A DNA stretch of 34,969 nucleotides from Candidatus Methylomirabilis sp. (lineage in GTDB: Bacteria; Methylomirabilota; Methylomirabilia; Methylomirabilales; Methylomirabilaceae), in contig JBGQJI010000007.1 in the NCBI GenBank assembly GCA_041498975.1, forward strand, positions 1 to 34,969, read 5' to 3'. Positions 14,873-25,703 of this stretch are shown one piece after another. Position 1 is the stretch's first letter; each line of letters opens with the position of its first letter. Below the pieces are notes generated by a model. That model saw only the letters and a list, made by a program, of their open reading frames with translations. It had not been told where the DNA came from and did no database searches. The position numbers were made by a program, and so were the translations under genes.

Positions 14873-17680
14873 ATGTCGGAACCTAGGATGTTGCCATCGA
14901 AGAAGACAGGATACAACCCGCAGGGAATCGAGGAACACTGGTCCGCTGTCTGGGAACAGGCCGGGTACAGCCATGCTGATGAATCCTCGCCGAAGCCAGC
15001 GTATGCGATCGTAATTCCTCCGCCCAACATCACGGGGTTCCTGCATGTGGGCCACGCGATGAATAATACACTTCAGGATATCCTGATTCGATGGCGACGG
15101 ATGCAAGGATATAATGCCCTCTGGATACCCGGGACCGACCACGCGGGCATCGCCACCCAGAACGTGGTCGAGCGGCAGCTTCAAGAGGAAGGGCGCCGGC
15201 GCGAAGACCTCGGTCGTGATGAGTTTGTGAAGCGAGTCTGGCGATGGCGAGGGGAGTCGGGTGGAACCATCATTCGCCAGCTCAAGCGGCTAGGGGCTTC
15301 CTGCGACTGGGTCAGAGAATGTTTCACCATGGATGAGCCCCGTCAGCGGGCGGTGCGCGAGGCGTTCGTTCGCCTGCATGAGGATGGGCTGATCTATCGT
15401 GGGGAGCGACTTATCAACTGGTGCCCGCGCTGTCGAACGGCGCTGTCAGATATCGAAGTGGAGCACGAGGAGACGAAGGGGTTCCTCTATTACATCAGCT
15501 ATCCCCTAGCGGACGAGCCCGCGACGTCGCTTATCGTGGCCACCACACGGCCCGAGACAATGCTGGCCGACACAGCGGTCGCGGTCCACCCGGACGACCC
15601 GAGGTACAATCGGTTCATTGGCCGCTGCGTGAAACTCCCCCTGACAGGAAGAACCATCCCGGTGGTGGGGGACTCGATCCTCGTCGATCGCGAGTTCGGG
15701 ACAGGGGCCGTCAAGGTCACCCCGGCCCACGACTTTCGCGACGACGAGGCAGGCAAGCGCCACGGACTTGACCGGATCGCCCTCTTAGATGAAGAAGGGA
15801 GAATCTCGGCGTATGTGGCAAAACGTGAAGCGCAGATAGACGATTCGCTTTTTGACGAGATCGTGGGCGCCGAGGTAACGGAAGCTCGCAAGGCAGTGGT
15901 TCGCCGGCTTCGGGAGCGAGGATTCCTGGTCAAGGTCGAAGACCACTCGCACGCGCTCGGAAAGTGCTACCGTTGCAAGAGCGTGGTGGAGCCGTTCCCC
16001 TCAACTCAATGGTTCGTCAAAACCCAGCCGCTCGCGGAGCCGGCCATCCGTGCAGTGGAGGATGGAAGGATCAGGTTTGTTCCCAAACACTGGGAGAACA
16101 CCTACTTCGCCTGGATGCGCAACATCAAGGACTGGTGTATCTCGCGGCAGCTCTGGTGGGGACACCAGATACCGGCCTGGTACTGTCTGCGATGTGACAG
16201 GGACAATGTTGTGATCGGAGGAGGGACGAGCGCGGGGCTGGGAATCGTCGAAGAGGTGAAGCCCCTCGAGCCCATCATCCTTCCGGAAGCGCAGCCGATC
16301 GTTGCATCGGAGCAACCTGGCGCCTGCCCCCGATGCGGCGGGGGGAAGCTCATCCAGGATCCCGATGTCTTGGATACATGGTTCTCGTCAGCCCTCTGGC
16401 CCTTCTCAACGATGGGATGGCCGGAGCAGACCAGGCTGTTGACACGGTTCTATCCGACCTCGACCCTGGTGACCAGCTTTGACATCATTTTCTTCTGGGT
16501 CGCCAGGATGATCATGATGGGACTCAAGTTCATGGGGGAGGCTCCGTTCCGGGAAGTCTACATTCATGCCCTCGTGCGCGATGCCGAGGGGCAGAAGATG
16601 TCGAAGTCGAAGGGAAATGTGATCGACCCCTTGGAGATCATCGATAAGTACGGGGCCGATGCTCTCCGCTTCACCCTGGCCGCCCTTGCGGCGCAAGGGC
16701 GTGACGTTCGACTCTCGGCGGAGCGGATCGAGGGGTATCGCCATTTCTGCAATAAGCTCTGGAACTCCCACCAGTTCCTCTCTCGACACCTCGCGGTCCT
16801 GGGAGGCGCACTCCCGCCCCTCAACTCGCTCTCCCTCGATCTGGCCGACCGCTGGATGATGAGTCGCCTGCAGGGTTTGATCGGGACGGTGACGGATGCG
16901 CTTGAAGGGTACCGGTTTAACGAGGCCGCCTCGGCCCTCTACCAGTTCCTCTGGCACGAGTACTGTGACTGGTACCTGGAGATCGTCAAGGCACGGCTGA
17001 CTTCGAGTGCGAGCCGGAACCAGCAGGAGGCCGGGGTGGCTGTGCTGCTCCATGGCCTGGAAACCTCTTTGCGCCTTCTGCACCCATTTATGCCGTTCAT
17101 GACCGAAGAGATTTGGCAGCAACTCCCTCACCAGGGCAACAGCCTGATGGTCGCCGACTGGCCCGAAGCTGACCCTGCTTGGCGTGCGCCAGAGGCCGAG
17201 GACTCGATCGGCCTCCTGATGGAGCTGACACGGGCAGCGCGTGACCTTCGCTCAGATCTGGAGATCCCCCCTCAAAGGCCGATCCGGCTTACGTTGCGGA
17301 CCTCATCCGGCGAAGAAGATCGATTGGTCGACGCCATCATTCCATACCTCTCCTCGCTGGCGCGGGCGGAGAAAGTCATGTACGGCCAGCACCTCGATCG
17401 TCCTCCGGCGGCGGCAGTGGCCCTTGTGGCCGGAATCGAGGTTCACCTCCCGGTTGACGATCCATCGGTCTTCGCAACCAGACAGCAGAAGCTGCGGCGC
17501 GAACTGGAGAAGGTCGAGCAAGAGCTGGCAAGGGTGACCAAGAAATTGAGCAATGCCGATTTCCTGTCGAAGGCGCCGGAGGAGGTCGTGGCCAAGGAGC
17601 GAGAAGGCCATGCCCGGCTCCTGGACGCCAGGGCTAAACTGCTCCAGCATCTGGAGCGACTGGATCAGATCATGCACTAG
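14873..17680 (+). CDS. valS: Valyl-tRNA synthetase
   Basis: PPPNITGFLHVGHA, PGTDHAGIATQ, DWCISRQLWWGH, DVLDTWFSS, KMSKS, C-terminal coiled coil; GGAG RBS before ATG 14873. Confidence 0.97.
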   Translation: MSEPRMLPSKKTGYNPQGIEEHWSAVWEQAGYSHADESSPKPAYAIVIPPPNITGFLHVGHAMNNTLQDILIRWRRMQGYNALWIPGTDHAGIATQNVVERQLQEEGRRREDLGRDEFVKRVWRWRGESGGTIIRQLKRLGASCDWVRECFTMDEPRQRAVREAFVRLHEDGLIYRGERLINWCPRCRTALSDIEVEHEETKGFLYYISYPLADEPATSLIVATTRPETMLADTAVAVHPDDPRYNRFIGRCVKLPLTGRTIPVVGDSILVDREFGTGAVKVTPAHDFRDDEAGKRHGLDRIALLDEEGRISAYVAKREAQIDDSLFDEIVGAEVTEARKAVVRRLRERGFLVKVEDHSHALGKCYRCKSVVEPFPSTQWFVKTQPLAEPAIRAVEDGRIRFVPKHWENTYFAWMRNIKDWCISRQLWWGHQIPAWYCLRCDRDNVVIGGGTSAGLGIVEEVKPLEPIILPEAQPIVASEQPGACPRCGGGKLIQDPDVLDTWFSSALWPFSTMGWPEQTRLLTRFYPTSTLVTSFDIIFFWVARMIMMGLKFMGEAPFREVYIHALVRDAEGQKMSKSKGNVIDPLEIIDKYGADALRFTLAALAAQGRDVRLSAERIEGYRHFCNKLWNSHQFLSRHLAVLGGALPPLNSLSLDLADRWMMSRLQGLIGTVTDALEGYRFNEAASALYQFLWHEYCDWYLEIVKARLTSSASRNQQEAGVAVLLHGLETSLRLLHPFMPFMTEEIWQQLPHQGNSLMVADWPEADPAWRAPEAEDSIGLLMELTRAARDLRSDLEIPPQRPIRLTLRTSSGEEDRLVDAIIPYLSSLARAEKVMYGQHLDRPPAAAVALVAGIEVHLPVDDPSVFATRQQKLRRELEKVEQELARVTKKLSNADFLSKAPEEVVAKEREGHARLLDARAKLLQHLERLDQIMH

Positions 17681-17695
17681 GAGGGGCCCTGCGAG

Positions 17696-18514
17696 GTGAC
17701 CGGACGGGTCTTTCAAGAGAGCGAAGCGCCATTCACCGAGCGGAGCATCCGGTCCGGCCTGGTCACGAGGCGCATCGGCAACGCGCTGCACCTGTTCGAG
17801 GTGGTCGATTCTACGAACGATGTGGCGATGGCCCTGGCTGCACGCGGTGCGCCGGAGGGGACGGTGGTCATTGCTGATGCGCAGCGCCGTGGGCGCGGTC
17901 GAATGGGCCGTGGGTGGGCATCGCCCAGGGGGCTGGGCCTCTATCTCTCCGTGATCCTCAGGCCGCCGATCCCGCCGCAGGAGGCGCCTGCCATGACCCT
18001 GATGGGAGCTGTGGCCGTTGCTGATGCCATCGAGCGGACACACGGGCTCGCTGCAGGGGTCAAGTGGCCCAACGATCTGATCGTTCGCGGACGAAAGGTG
18101 GCCGGCATCCTGGGTGAAATGACGGCAGAGGCATCTCGCCTGCACCATGTCATCCTGGGGATCGGGATCAACGTGAATCAGGCCGAGGTGGACTTCGAAG
18201 GGGAGCTTCGACAGACGGCCAGTTCGCTCCGGATCGAGGTGGGCCATCCTGTGAATCGCGCCGCGATGGTGCAAGCGCTCTGTGAAGACCTCGACCGATG
18301 GTACGAGCGGTTCCTGTCCGATGGCCTTCCCTCTATTCTTGAATGTTTCCGCCGGCGCTGCGTGACGTTGGGTCGCCTGGTGGTGGCCCGGTCCGGCGAT
18401 CAGGAGGTGCGAGGGGTTGCGCTCGAGGTGGACGGCGGGGGGGCTTTGGAGATCCGGGGCGCTGGCGGGGCGGTCCATCGCCTGTTGGCTGGAGAGGTAA
18501 CGCTCACGGGGTAG
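17696..18514 (+). CDS. birA: Biotin-[acetyl-CoA-carboxylase] ligase without an N-terminal HTH
   Basis: DSTN, QRRGRGRMGRGW, KWPND, KVAGIL, GIGINV. Confidence 0.95.
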   Translation: MTGRVFQESEAPFTERSIRSGLVTRRIGNALHLFEVVDSTNDVAMALAARGAPEGTVVIADAQRRGRGRMGRGWASPRGLGLYLSVILRPPIPPQEAPAMTLMGAVAVADAIERTHGLAAGVKWPNDLIVRGRKVAGILGEMTAEASRLHHVILGIGINVNQAEVDFEGELRQTASSLRIEVGHPVNRAAMVQALCEDLDRWYERFLSDGLPSILECFRRRCVTLGRLVVARSGDQEVRGVALEVDGGGALEIRGAGGAVHRLLAGEVTLTG

Positions 18515-18520
18515 TGGCGC

Positions 18521-19285
18521 ATGTTGCTCGCTCTTGACGTCGGAAATACGAACACAGTGGTTGGGGTGTTCGAAGGCAAGGAGCTGCGGGTCCACTGGCG
18601 GCTGGCCACTCGCCGCGATGGGACCGGCGACGAGTACGGGATTTTAATCAAAAACCTCCTGAACCTCGCCGGGCTGGAGCTGGATCAGATCTCGGCGATC
18701 ATCATCGCCTCGGTGGTCCCGCCGCTACAATCGTCCCTCGAAGAGATGGCCCTTCGCTACTTCCGGATCGCTCCCCTGGTCGTCGGCCCCGGGATCAAAA
18801 CCGGCATGCCGATCCTCTACGACAGCCCGCGGGAGGTCGGAGCCGACAGGATCGTCAATGCGGTCGCCGTCTTTGAGGGGTACGGCGGCCCGGCGATCGT
18901 GGTCGATTTCGGGACCGCCACGACCTTTGACGCGGTCTCCGGGAGGGGGGAATACATCGGGGGGGTCATCGCCCCTGGCATCGGGATCGCCGCCGAAGCT
19001 CTCTTCGAGCGGACGGCCAAGCTGCCCCGCATCGATATCGCCAAGCCGAAATCCGTGGTGGGGAAGAATACGGTGGCCAGCATGCAGGCGGGTCTCTTCT
19101 TCGGGTACGTGGGTCTCGTGGAAGGAATCGTGGCTCGGATGCGGGAGGAGATGGGGGGAGACCCACTCGTGATCGCCACTGGTGGGTTGGCACATCTGAT
19201 CCTGGCCGAGTCGCGGAGTGTCAACCATGTTGACCTGCTCCTGACCCTGACCGGTTTACGGATCATATATGAGCGAAATCTCTAA
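18521..19285 (+). CDS. coaX: Type III pantothenate kinase
   Basis: [37 protein letters not shown]. Confidence 0.97.
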   Translation: MLLALDVGNTNTVVGVFEGKELRVHWRLATRRDGTGDEYGILIKNLLNLAGLELDQISAIIIASVVPPLQSSLEEMALRYFRIAPLVVGPGIKTGMPILYDSPREVGADRIVNAVAVFEGYGGPAIVVDFGTATTFDAVSGRGEYIGGVIAPGIGIAAEALFERTAKLPRIDIAKPKSVVGKNTVASMQAGLFFGYVGLVEGIVARMREEMGGDPLVIATGGLAHLILAESRSVNHVDLLLTLTGLRIIYERNL

Positions 19286-19324
19286 TCGACTTGCAACCCG
19301 GAACCTGGAACTTGACACCGGGCC

Positions 19325-19588
19325 CTACGCCCCTGGCCTTGCCTCCCGCTTCGTGCCGCAATGGGGACAGGCTAACCAGTCCCTCTGCAGCGGTCGGCGG
19401 CACTGGCCGCAGACGATCTCCTCTGGAGGGTCAGGTGCCACCTCTCTTGGGGGCGCTTCGATCGACTTTTTAAACTCGCGAATTGCCGTGCCGAGCGAGC
19501 TGCCGATCTGAGGGAGTTTCCCCGCCCCAAAAATGATCAGCGCGATCAAAAAGATCACTAATAGCTCAGGCATGCCCAAACCGAACAT
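19325..19588 (-). CDS. tatA: TatA/E family translocase subunit with a C-terminal zinc ribbon
   Basis: MFGLGMPELLVIFLIALIIFGAGKLPQIGSSLGTAIREFKK followed by CGQC-x10-CPHCG; GGAGG RBS. Confidence 0.9.
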   Translation of the reverse strand: MFGLGMPELLVIFLIALIIFGAGKLPQIGSSLGTAIREFKKSIEAPPREVAPDPPEEIVCGQCRRPLQRDWLACPHCGTKREARPGA

Positions 19589-19634
19589 ACCGCCCTCCGA
19601 TCAAGCCGCAACGCGGTTCAACTCACTCACAGTT

Positions 19635-19663
19635 ATCGTATCCTATCTGCTAGTGGAATTCAA
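19635..19663 (-). promoter_or_regulatory. Putative sigma70 promoter for tatA
   Basis: Minus strand TTGAAT-N17-TACGAT. Confidence 0.55.
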
Positions 19664-19830
19664 TATAAAACCAGTCTTGCCGCCCGCCTCCGCTTCACAC
19701 CTCCACGACATCGGCCGGTCGTGGAAGGATTCGAAGGTCGACCGCTGCCGAGGCGGGAAAATGGACGGCCTAATGCCTCATGAACACATGCCTGAGAGGA
19801 CCGACAGGTGGTTCTGCAGACGTTTTTTCC

Positions 19831-19859
19831 TTGACAAATTCCGCCTTGGTCATTACCGT
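19831..19859 (+). promoter_or_regulatory. Putative sigma70 promoter for rplM-rpsI
   Basis: TTGACA-N17-TACCGT. Confidence 0.6.
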
Positions 19860-19903
19860 CTATACGTTTTGGCACTGAGATCGGGAGAGGAGAGATCTGC
19901 TTC

Positions 19904-20353
19904 ATGACAAAAACGATTCATCGCTCTGTCGAGGATATCGACAGGCGCTGGCACCTGATCGATGCATCGGGCCAGGTGCTCGGGAGGCTGGCCACTGGAG
20001 TGGCTGTCCTCCTGAGGGGGAAGCACAAGCCGATCTTCAGCCCGCATCTCGACACCGGGGATTTTGTGGTGATCATCAATGCCGAGAAGGTGGTGCTGAC
20101 GGGGAAGAAGCTGAGGGATAAGCTCTACTACCGTCATTCGGGCTATCCCGGCGGGCTGACGAGCACCACGGCTGAGGAGATGCTCAGGAAGCATCCAACA
20201 AGAGTCTTGGAGGCTGCCGTTCGCGGGATGTTGCCTAAGACCAAGTTGGGGGATGCACTGTTCCGCAAGCTGAAGGTGTACGCCGGCCCCGCCCATCCTC
20301 ATGCGTCGCAGCGACCGGTGCCTTTGGTCAAAACCCCGCTCAAGGAGGGATAA
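19904..20353 (+). CDS. rplM: 50S ribosomal protein L13
   Basis: [48 protein letters not shown]. Confidence 0.98.
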   Translation: MTKTIHRSVEDIDRRWHLIDASGQVLGRLATGVAVLLRGKHKPIFSPHLDTGDFVVIINAEKVVLTGKKLRDKLYYRHSGYPGGLTSTTAEEMLRKHPTRVLEAAVRGMLPKTKLGDALFRKLKVYAGPAHPHASQRPVPLVKTPLKEG

Positions 20354-20362
20354 CTTACAGCC

Positions 20363-20758
20363 ATGCAAACCGAGGGGGCGCTGTACGGGACCGGCCGCCG
20401 GAAGTCGTCTGTGGCCAGGGTCTGGCTCAAGCCGGGGGAAGGCCGAATGGTGGTCAACAAGAAGCCGCTGCAGGAATATTTCAGTCGTGCCACCCATCAG
20501 AGCCTGATCGTTCAGCCGTTGAAGACGGCGGGGATGGAAGGGAAGTTCGACCTGCTCGCCAACGTCGCTGGAGGCGGCATGAGTGGACAGGCCGGTGCTA
20601 TTCGACTTGGCATTGGGCGGGCCTTGCTCGTCGTTGACGCCTCATTGCGGGCCTCGCTTCGGAAGGCCGGGCTGCTGACTCGGGACCCCCGGGTGAAAGA
20701 ACGCAAGAAATATGGCCAGAAGGGAGCGCGAGCGCGGTTCCAGTTCTCCAAGCGTTAG
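20363..20758 (+). CDS. rpsI: 30S ribosomal protein S9
   Basis: [38 protein letters not shown]...QFSKR. Confidence 0.98.
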   Translation: MQTEGALYGTGRRKSSVARVWLKPGEGRMVVNKKPLQEYFSRATHQSLIVQPLKTAGMEGKFDLLANVAGGGMSGQAGAIRLGIGRALLVVDASLRASLRKAGLLTRDPRVKERKKYGQKGARARFQFSKR

Positions 20759-20777
20759 CCGGTTCCTCGCACCCGAG

Positions 20778-20811
20778 AAGGAGGGTCCGCCGCGACCTTC
20801 CTTTTTCATTT
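20778..20811 (+). terminator. Intrinsic terminator after rpsI
   Basis: aaggagggtc-cgccgc-gaccttcctt followed by tttcattt. Confidence 0.7.
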
Positions 20812-20875
20812 CAGCGATCCGGCGTCAGCTTTCTGCGGATAGCTGAACGCCGGTCGCTAACTGCTTCGTGCTGGC

Positions 20876-21949
20876 ATGATGATGCAAAAGAGGGAACAGA
20901 CACAACACAAGATCCGAGTGGCGGTGGTCGGGGCCACCGGTTATACCGGCGTGGAGCTGATCCGCCTCCTCGTGAACCATCCGGCGGTCGAAGTCACCGC
21001 GCTGACGTCGGAGAGTTACGGTGATCTGTCGATCGGAGAGGTGTTCCCAAGCCTGTCCAGCCTGCTCGATCTGACGTGCAAGAAGTTCGATCCCCGGGAG
21101 GTCGCGAAGCAGGCCGACCTGATCTTCCTGGCCTTGCCTCACAAGACCGCCATGGCGGCCGCCGTCGAGTTGCTCGCCCTGGGGAGGAAGGTCATCGATC
21201 TGAGCGCCGACTTTCGCCTCCGGGACCCCGCGGTCTACCGCCAGTGGTACGGCGTGGAGCACGTGGCGCCTGAGCTGCTGCGGGAAGCGGTCTACGCGCT
21301 GCCGGAGCTCTACCGTCGGCAGCTCGTCGCAGCACGTCTGGCGGCGGTGCCCGGCTGCTACCCTACGGCGGCCCTGCTCGGGCTGCTCCCTCTGGTCAAA
21401 CGGGAGGTGATCGACCCGGACTCCGTCGTCATCGATGCCATCTCTGGCGCCTCGGGCGCTGGGCGGAAGCCGGAGCTCCCGCTGCACTTCTCAGAACTCG
21501 AGGGGAATTTCAAGGCTTACAATGTCGCGTGCCACCGGCATACGCCGGAGATCGAGCAAGAGCTTAGCCGCTGGCTTGGCCGGGAGGTGCTGGTGACGTT
21601 CACCCCGCACCTGGCGGCGGCAGTTCGCGGGATCCTGGCCACCATCACCGCCACCCTCGTGGCCTCCAAGGCCGCAGATGAGCTACTCGCGCTTTACCAG
21701 GAATGCTATGAGCATGAGCCGTTCGTCAGGATCCTGCGGGAGGGTCGGTTTCCGGAGACCAAGCACGTCGCTGGTTCGAACTTCTGCGACATCGGCCTCG
21801 CGGTAGATCGGAGGACCCGTCGCTGCATCGTCGTGGTCGCCATCGATAACTTGGTCAAGGGCGCCTCGGGACAGGCCATCCAGGCCATGAACGTGATGTC
21901 CGACCTCGACGAACGGGCGGGGCTCCTGGCCCCCGCGCTCTTCCCCTGA
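20876..21949 (+). CDS. argC: N-acetyl-gamma-glutamyl-phosphate reductase
   Basis: GATGYTG, DLSADFRL, PGCYPT, SGASGAGR, HRHTPEIEQ, DNLVKGASGQA. Confidence 0.97.
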   Translation: MMMQKREQTQHKIRVAVVGATGYTGVELIRLLVNHPAVEVTALTSESYGDLSIGEVFPSLSSLLDLTCKKFDPREVAKQADLIFLALPHKTAMAAAVELLALGRKVIDLSADFRLRDPAVYRQWYGVEHVAPELLREAVYALPELYRRQLVAARLAAVPGCYPTAALLGLLPLVKREVIDPDSVVIDAISGASGAGRKPELPLHFSELEGNFKAYNVACHRHTPEIEQELSRWLGREVLVTFTPHLAAAVRGILATITATLVASKAADELLALYQECYEHEPFVRILREGRFPETKHVAGSNFCDIGLAVDRRTRRCIVVVAIDNLVKGASGQAIQAMNVMSDLDERAGLLAPALFP

Positions 21950-21971
21950 ACCGGTTGCTCCCTCCAACTCC

Positions 21972-23189
21972 GTGAAACGTCCAGCGATTCGAGATATCCC
22001 TGGCGGCATCACCGCCGTCAAGGCAATCAGGGCCACCGGGATCTTCTGCGGCATCAAGAGGGCCAACCTGGACCTCGCGCTTGTCGTCTCAGATCGGCCG
22101 GCCACCGTCGCCGGGGTCACGACGATCAATCGGGTGAAGGCGGCGCCTGTTCTCCTGTGCGAGCGTCAGCTTCGGGGCGGCAGATTCTCCGCTGCCGTCG
22201 CCAATAGCGGCAATGCCAACGCGTGCACGGGTCGCCAGGGAGCGCGGGACGCCTTGGCCATGCGCGATCGGCTCTCCAGCCTCGCCGGTCGTCCCGTTGA
22301 CGAAATCTTCGTCGCCTCAACAGGGGTGATCGGGAAACGCCTTCCCGTCCTCAAGGTCCTGGCCGGGATCGGCGAGGCCTTCCGGCTCCTCTCTCCGGAG
22401 GGGGGCGAGGCGGCGGCCAGGGCCATCATGACCACCGACACCTATCCGAAGGAGGCCGCCGTCAGCTTTGGGCTGGGCGGCAAACGAGTGGTGATCGGCG
22501 GGATGGCAAAGGGGTCCGGCATGATCGCGCCGAACATGGCCACGATGCTCTGTTTTGTGGGCACGGACGCCGCCGCCTCGGCGCCACTCCTGCGCCGGGC
22601 TTTACGGCAGGCGGTCCGGGATACCTTCAACGCGATGACGGTTGACGGCTGCATGAGCACCAACGACACCGTCTTGCTGTTCGCCAATGGGGCCGCCGAG
22701 GCGGCGCCCCTGAAAGCTGGCGGTGGCAACCTGGCGATATTCGAGGAGGCGCTCCATCGGGTTCTCTCGCGCCTTGGCCGGATGATCGCAAAGGATGGAG
22801 AGGGGGCGACCAAACTCATTCAGGTCGAGGTGAGAGGGTCGCGGACCGCGGATGATGCCAGGATCGCAGCGACGGCCGTCGCCACCTCCCCCCTCGTGAA
22901 AACGGCCTTCTTCGGAGAGGACTGCAATTGGGGGCGGATCATGGCTGCCCTTGGCGCCTCCGGAATTCGATTCGACCCGGACCGCGTGGACATCTCACTG
23001 GATGGGATCGCCGTGGTCCGGGGGGGCATCAGTCTGGGAGAGGGAAGGGAGCGCCGGGCGGGAACACGAATGCGCCGGCCCGAGTTCACCCTGGCCATCG
23101 ATCTTCACGGGGGAGGAGGGAAAGCCGCCATCCTCACCACCGATCTGAGCGAAGACTACGTTAGGATTAACGCCGGCTACCGTAGTTGA
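21972..23189 (+). CDS. argJ: Ornithine acetyltransferase / amino-acid acetyltransferase
   Basis: NSGNANACTG, STGVIG, IMTTDT, KGSGMIAPNMATML, STNDT, DGEGATK, NWGR, INAGYRS. Confidence 0.97.
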   Translation: MKRPAIRDIPGGITAVKAIRATGIFCGIKRANLDLALVVSDRPATVAGVTTINRVKAAPVLLCERQLRGGRFSAAVANSGNANACTGRQGARDALAMRDRLSSLAGRPVDEIFVASTGVIGKRLPVLKVLAGIGEAFRLLSPEGGEAAARAIMTTDTYPKEAAVSFGLGGKRVVIGGMAKGSGMIAPNMATMLCFVGTDAAASAPLLRRALRQAVRDTFNAMTVDGCMSTNDTVLLFANGAAEAAPLKAGGGNLAIFEEALHRVLSRLGRMIAKDGEGATKLIQVEVRGSRTADDARIAATAVATSPLVKTAFFGEDCNWGRIMAALGASGIRFDPDRVDISLDGIAVVRGGISLGEGRERRAGTRMRRPEFTLAIDLHGGGGKAAILTTDLSEDYVRINAGYRS

Positions 23190-23211
23190 CACGTCACGCA
23201 ACGCGTGATGT

Positions 23212-23290
23212 GTCATTGCGAGGCCCCCGTCACGTCGGGGCCGAAGCAATCTCGCTGGCGAACGCAGAGCAATGACGTGTCATTGCGGGT
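23212..23290. repeat. Palindromic repeat of the GTCATTGCGAG family
   Basis: gtcattgcgaggccccc...ggggccgaagcaatctc...gcaatgac-gt-gtcattgc. Confidence 0.75.
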
Positions 23291-23327
23291 TCCGTCCGCT
23301 TTTCCCTTGTCCTCATCCCCGCCAACA

Positions 23328-23487
23328 TGTTATAAATAGAAGGATTCGACCGATCACACACGCCTTCTGATCCCTGGGAGGGTGTCCCTGGCATGGTCCG
23401 CGTGGCAGGGGCCTCACGGGGAGTTGAGGAGGGCGGAGGACACAACCAGAAGGCTGCGCGCTGAGGCCAGCCGAACGGAGGAGCATC
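23328..23487 (+). promoter_or_regulatory. Extended -10 promoter and structured rpsB leader (probable S2 autoregulatory RNA)
   Basis: TG-T-TATAAA at 23328-23336; leader cacacacgcc...gggtgt...ggcggagga...aacc resembles conserved rpsB leaders. Confidence 0.55.
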
Positions 23488-24273
23488 GTGCCAACTGTTA
23501 CCATCAAGGATCTGCTGGAAGCGGGTGTCCACTTCGGACATCAGACGAAGCGCTGGAACCCGAAGATGAAGAAGTACCTCTTCGGGGAGCGGAACGGCAT
23601 CTACATCATTGACCTTCAAAAAACGTTGAAGAAATTTCAAGAAGCTGCGGAGTTTGTCGGACGTATCGCAACCGAGGGTCTGCCGGTCGTGTTCGTTGGA
23701 ACGAAGAAGCAGGCTGCTGACGTGATCGAAGAAGAGGCGAAGCGCTGCGAGCAATTCTACGTGAACCATCGCTGGTTGGGCGGGACCCTGACCAACTTCC
23801 AGACCATCCGGAAGAGCGTGAACAGGCTGCGGCAGATCGAGGAGACCGAGGCCAAGGGCGAGCTCGAGCGACTCACGAAGAAGGAGGCGATGAAGCTCCA
23901 GCGGGAGCGGCAGAAGCTGGAATATGCGCTGGGAGGGATCAAAGGGATGGACCGACTGCCAGGCGCGATCTTCGTGATCGACACCAAGAAGGAGCGGATC
24001 GCCGTCCGAGAGGCCAGACGGCTCGGAATCCCGGTGGTCGCGGTCGTGGACACGAACTGCGACCCAGAGGAGGTCGATTATCCGATCCCGGGTAATGACG
24101 ACGCCATCCGAGCCATTCGACTGATGACGTGTCGGCTGGCCGACGTCATCCAGGAGAGCCGGGCGATGCGGCTTAAAGCCGCCGAGGACGCCGCCGCTGC
24201 GGCTGATGTCGGCATCCCATCGGAGGGAGAGGGTCCGGTCGAACCCCAACTGGAGGTCCTCCAGCAGGCCTGA
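23488..24273 (+). CDS. rpsB: 30S ribosomal protein S2
   Basis: [43 protein letters not shown]. Confidence 0.98.
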   Translation: MPTVTIKDLLEAGVHFGHQTKRWNPKMKKYLFGERNGIYIIDLQKTLKKFQEAAEFVGRIATEGLPVVFVGTKKQAADVIEEEAKRCEQFYVNHRWLGGTLTNFQTIRKSVNRLRQIEETEAKGELERLTKKEAMKLQRERQKLEYALGGIKGMDRLPGAIFVIDTKKERIAVREARRLGIPVVAVVDTNCDPEEVDYPIPGNDDAIRAIRLMTCRLADVIQESRAMRLKAAEDAAAAADVGIPSEGEGPVEPQLEVLQQA

Positions 24274-24314
24274 CACACGGCGAGAACAGAGCACACAGGA
24301 ACAAGAGGACAACA

Positions 24315-24941
24315 ATGACAGCGACGATTCCAGCATTACTCGTGAGAGAGTTACGCGACAAGACAGGGGTAGGGTTCATGGAGTGCAAGGCCGCCTTGGC
24401 GGAGGCGGGCGGGGATCTGGAAAGGGCCATCACACTGCTTCGCGAAAAGGGGCTGGCTTCAGCGTCCAGGAAGATGGGGCGGATTGCATCCGATGGCTTG
24501 ATCGTGTCGTACATTCATGGCGGGGGGAAGATCGGTGTGCTCTTGGAAGTGAATTGCGAGACCGACTTCGTTGCCAGGACGGACGAATTTACGTCGCTCG
24601 CGAAGGATATCGCGATGCAGGTGGCGGCGGCAAACCCTCAGTATACCCGCCGGGAGGATGTCCCGGAGGCGATGGTCGATAAGGAACGGGCGATCCTGTT
24701 GGTCCAGGTGAAGTCGTCAGGCAAACCCGAAAAAGTCATCGAGCGAATCGTCGAGGGGCGACTGGAAAAGTTCTTCAGTGAGGTCTGTCTACTGGAGCAG
24801 CCCTTCATAAAGGATCCCGAGGTGAAGCTCGAGGATCGGATCAAAGAGGTCATGGCGAAGGTCGGAGAGAATATCGTCGTCCGGCGCTTCTGCCGTTACC
24901 AATTGGGCGAGGGGCTGGAGCGTCCGGCGCCCCCCGGCTAG
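24315..24941 (+). CDS. tsf: Elongation factor Ts (short form)
   Basis: VRELRDKTGVGFMECKAAL, EVNCETDFVA, LLEQPFIKD, ENIVVRRF. Confidence 0.98.
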   Translation: MTATIPALLVRELRDKTGVGFMECKAALAEAGGDLERAITLLREKGLASASRKMGRIASDGLIVSYIHGGGKIGVLLEVNCETDFVARTDEFTSLAKDIAMQVAAANPQYTRREDVPEAMVDKERAILLVQVKSSGKPEKVIERIVEGRLEKFFSEVCLLEQPFIKDPEVKLEDRIKEVMAKVGENIVVRRFCRYQLGEGLERPAPPG

Positions 24942-25700
<759 letters not shown>

Positions 25701-25703
25701 TCC

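Noticed and set aside
16180..16350. Insertion in the ValRS zinc-binding region as an intein or in-frame repeat
   Set aside because: Only a few tens of residues, with no intein terminal motifs and no palindrome; consistent with normal loop variation.
17303..18595. Long antisense ORFs (also 3206-4270, 7903-8856, 23230-24336, 28925-29932, 32372-33454)
   Set aside because: Shadow frames of high-GC housekeeping genes with no recognisable motifs.
20810..20865. Heptamer-like hairpin tcagcga...cgctaac (and short heptamer runs at 12564-12584 and 19289-19318) as an ncRNA or a separate system
   Set aside because: Short degenerate intergenic repeats with no associated gene; too little signal to call.
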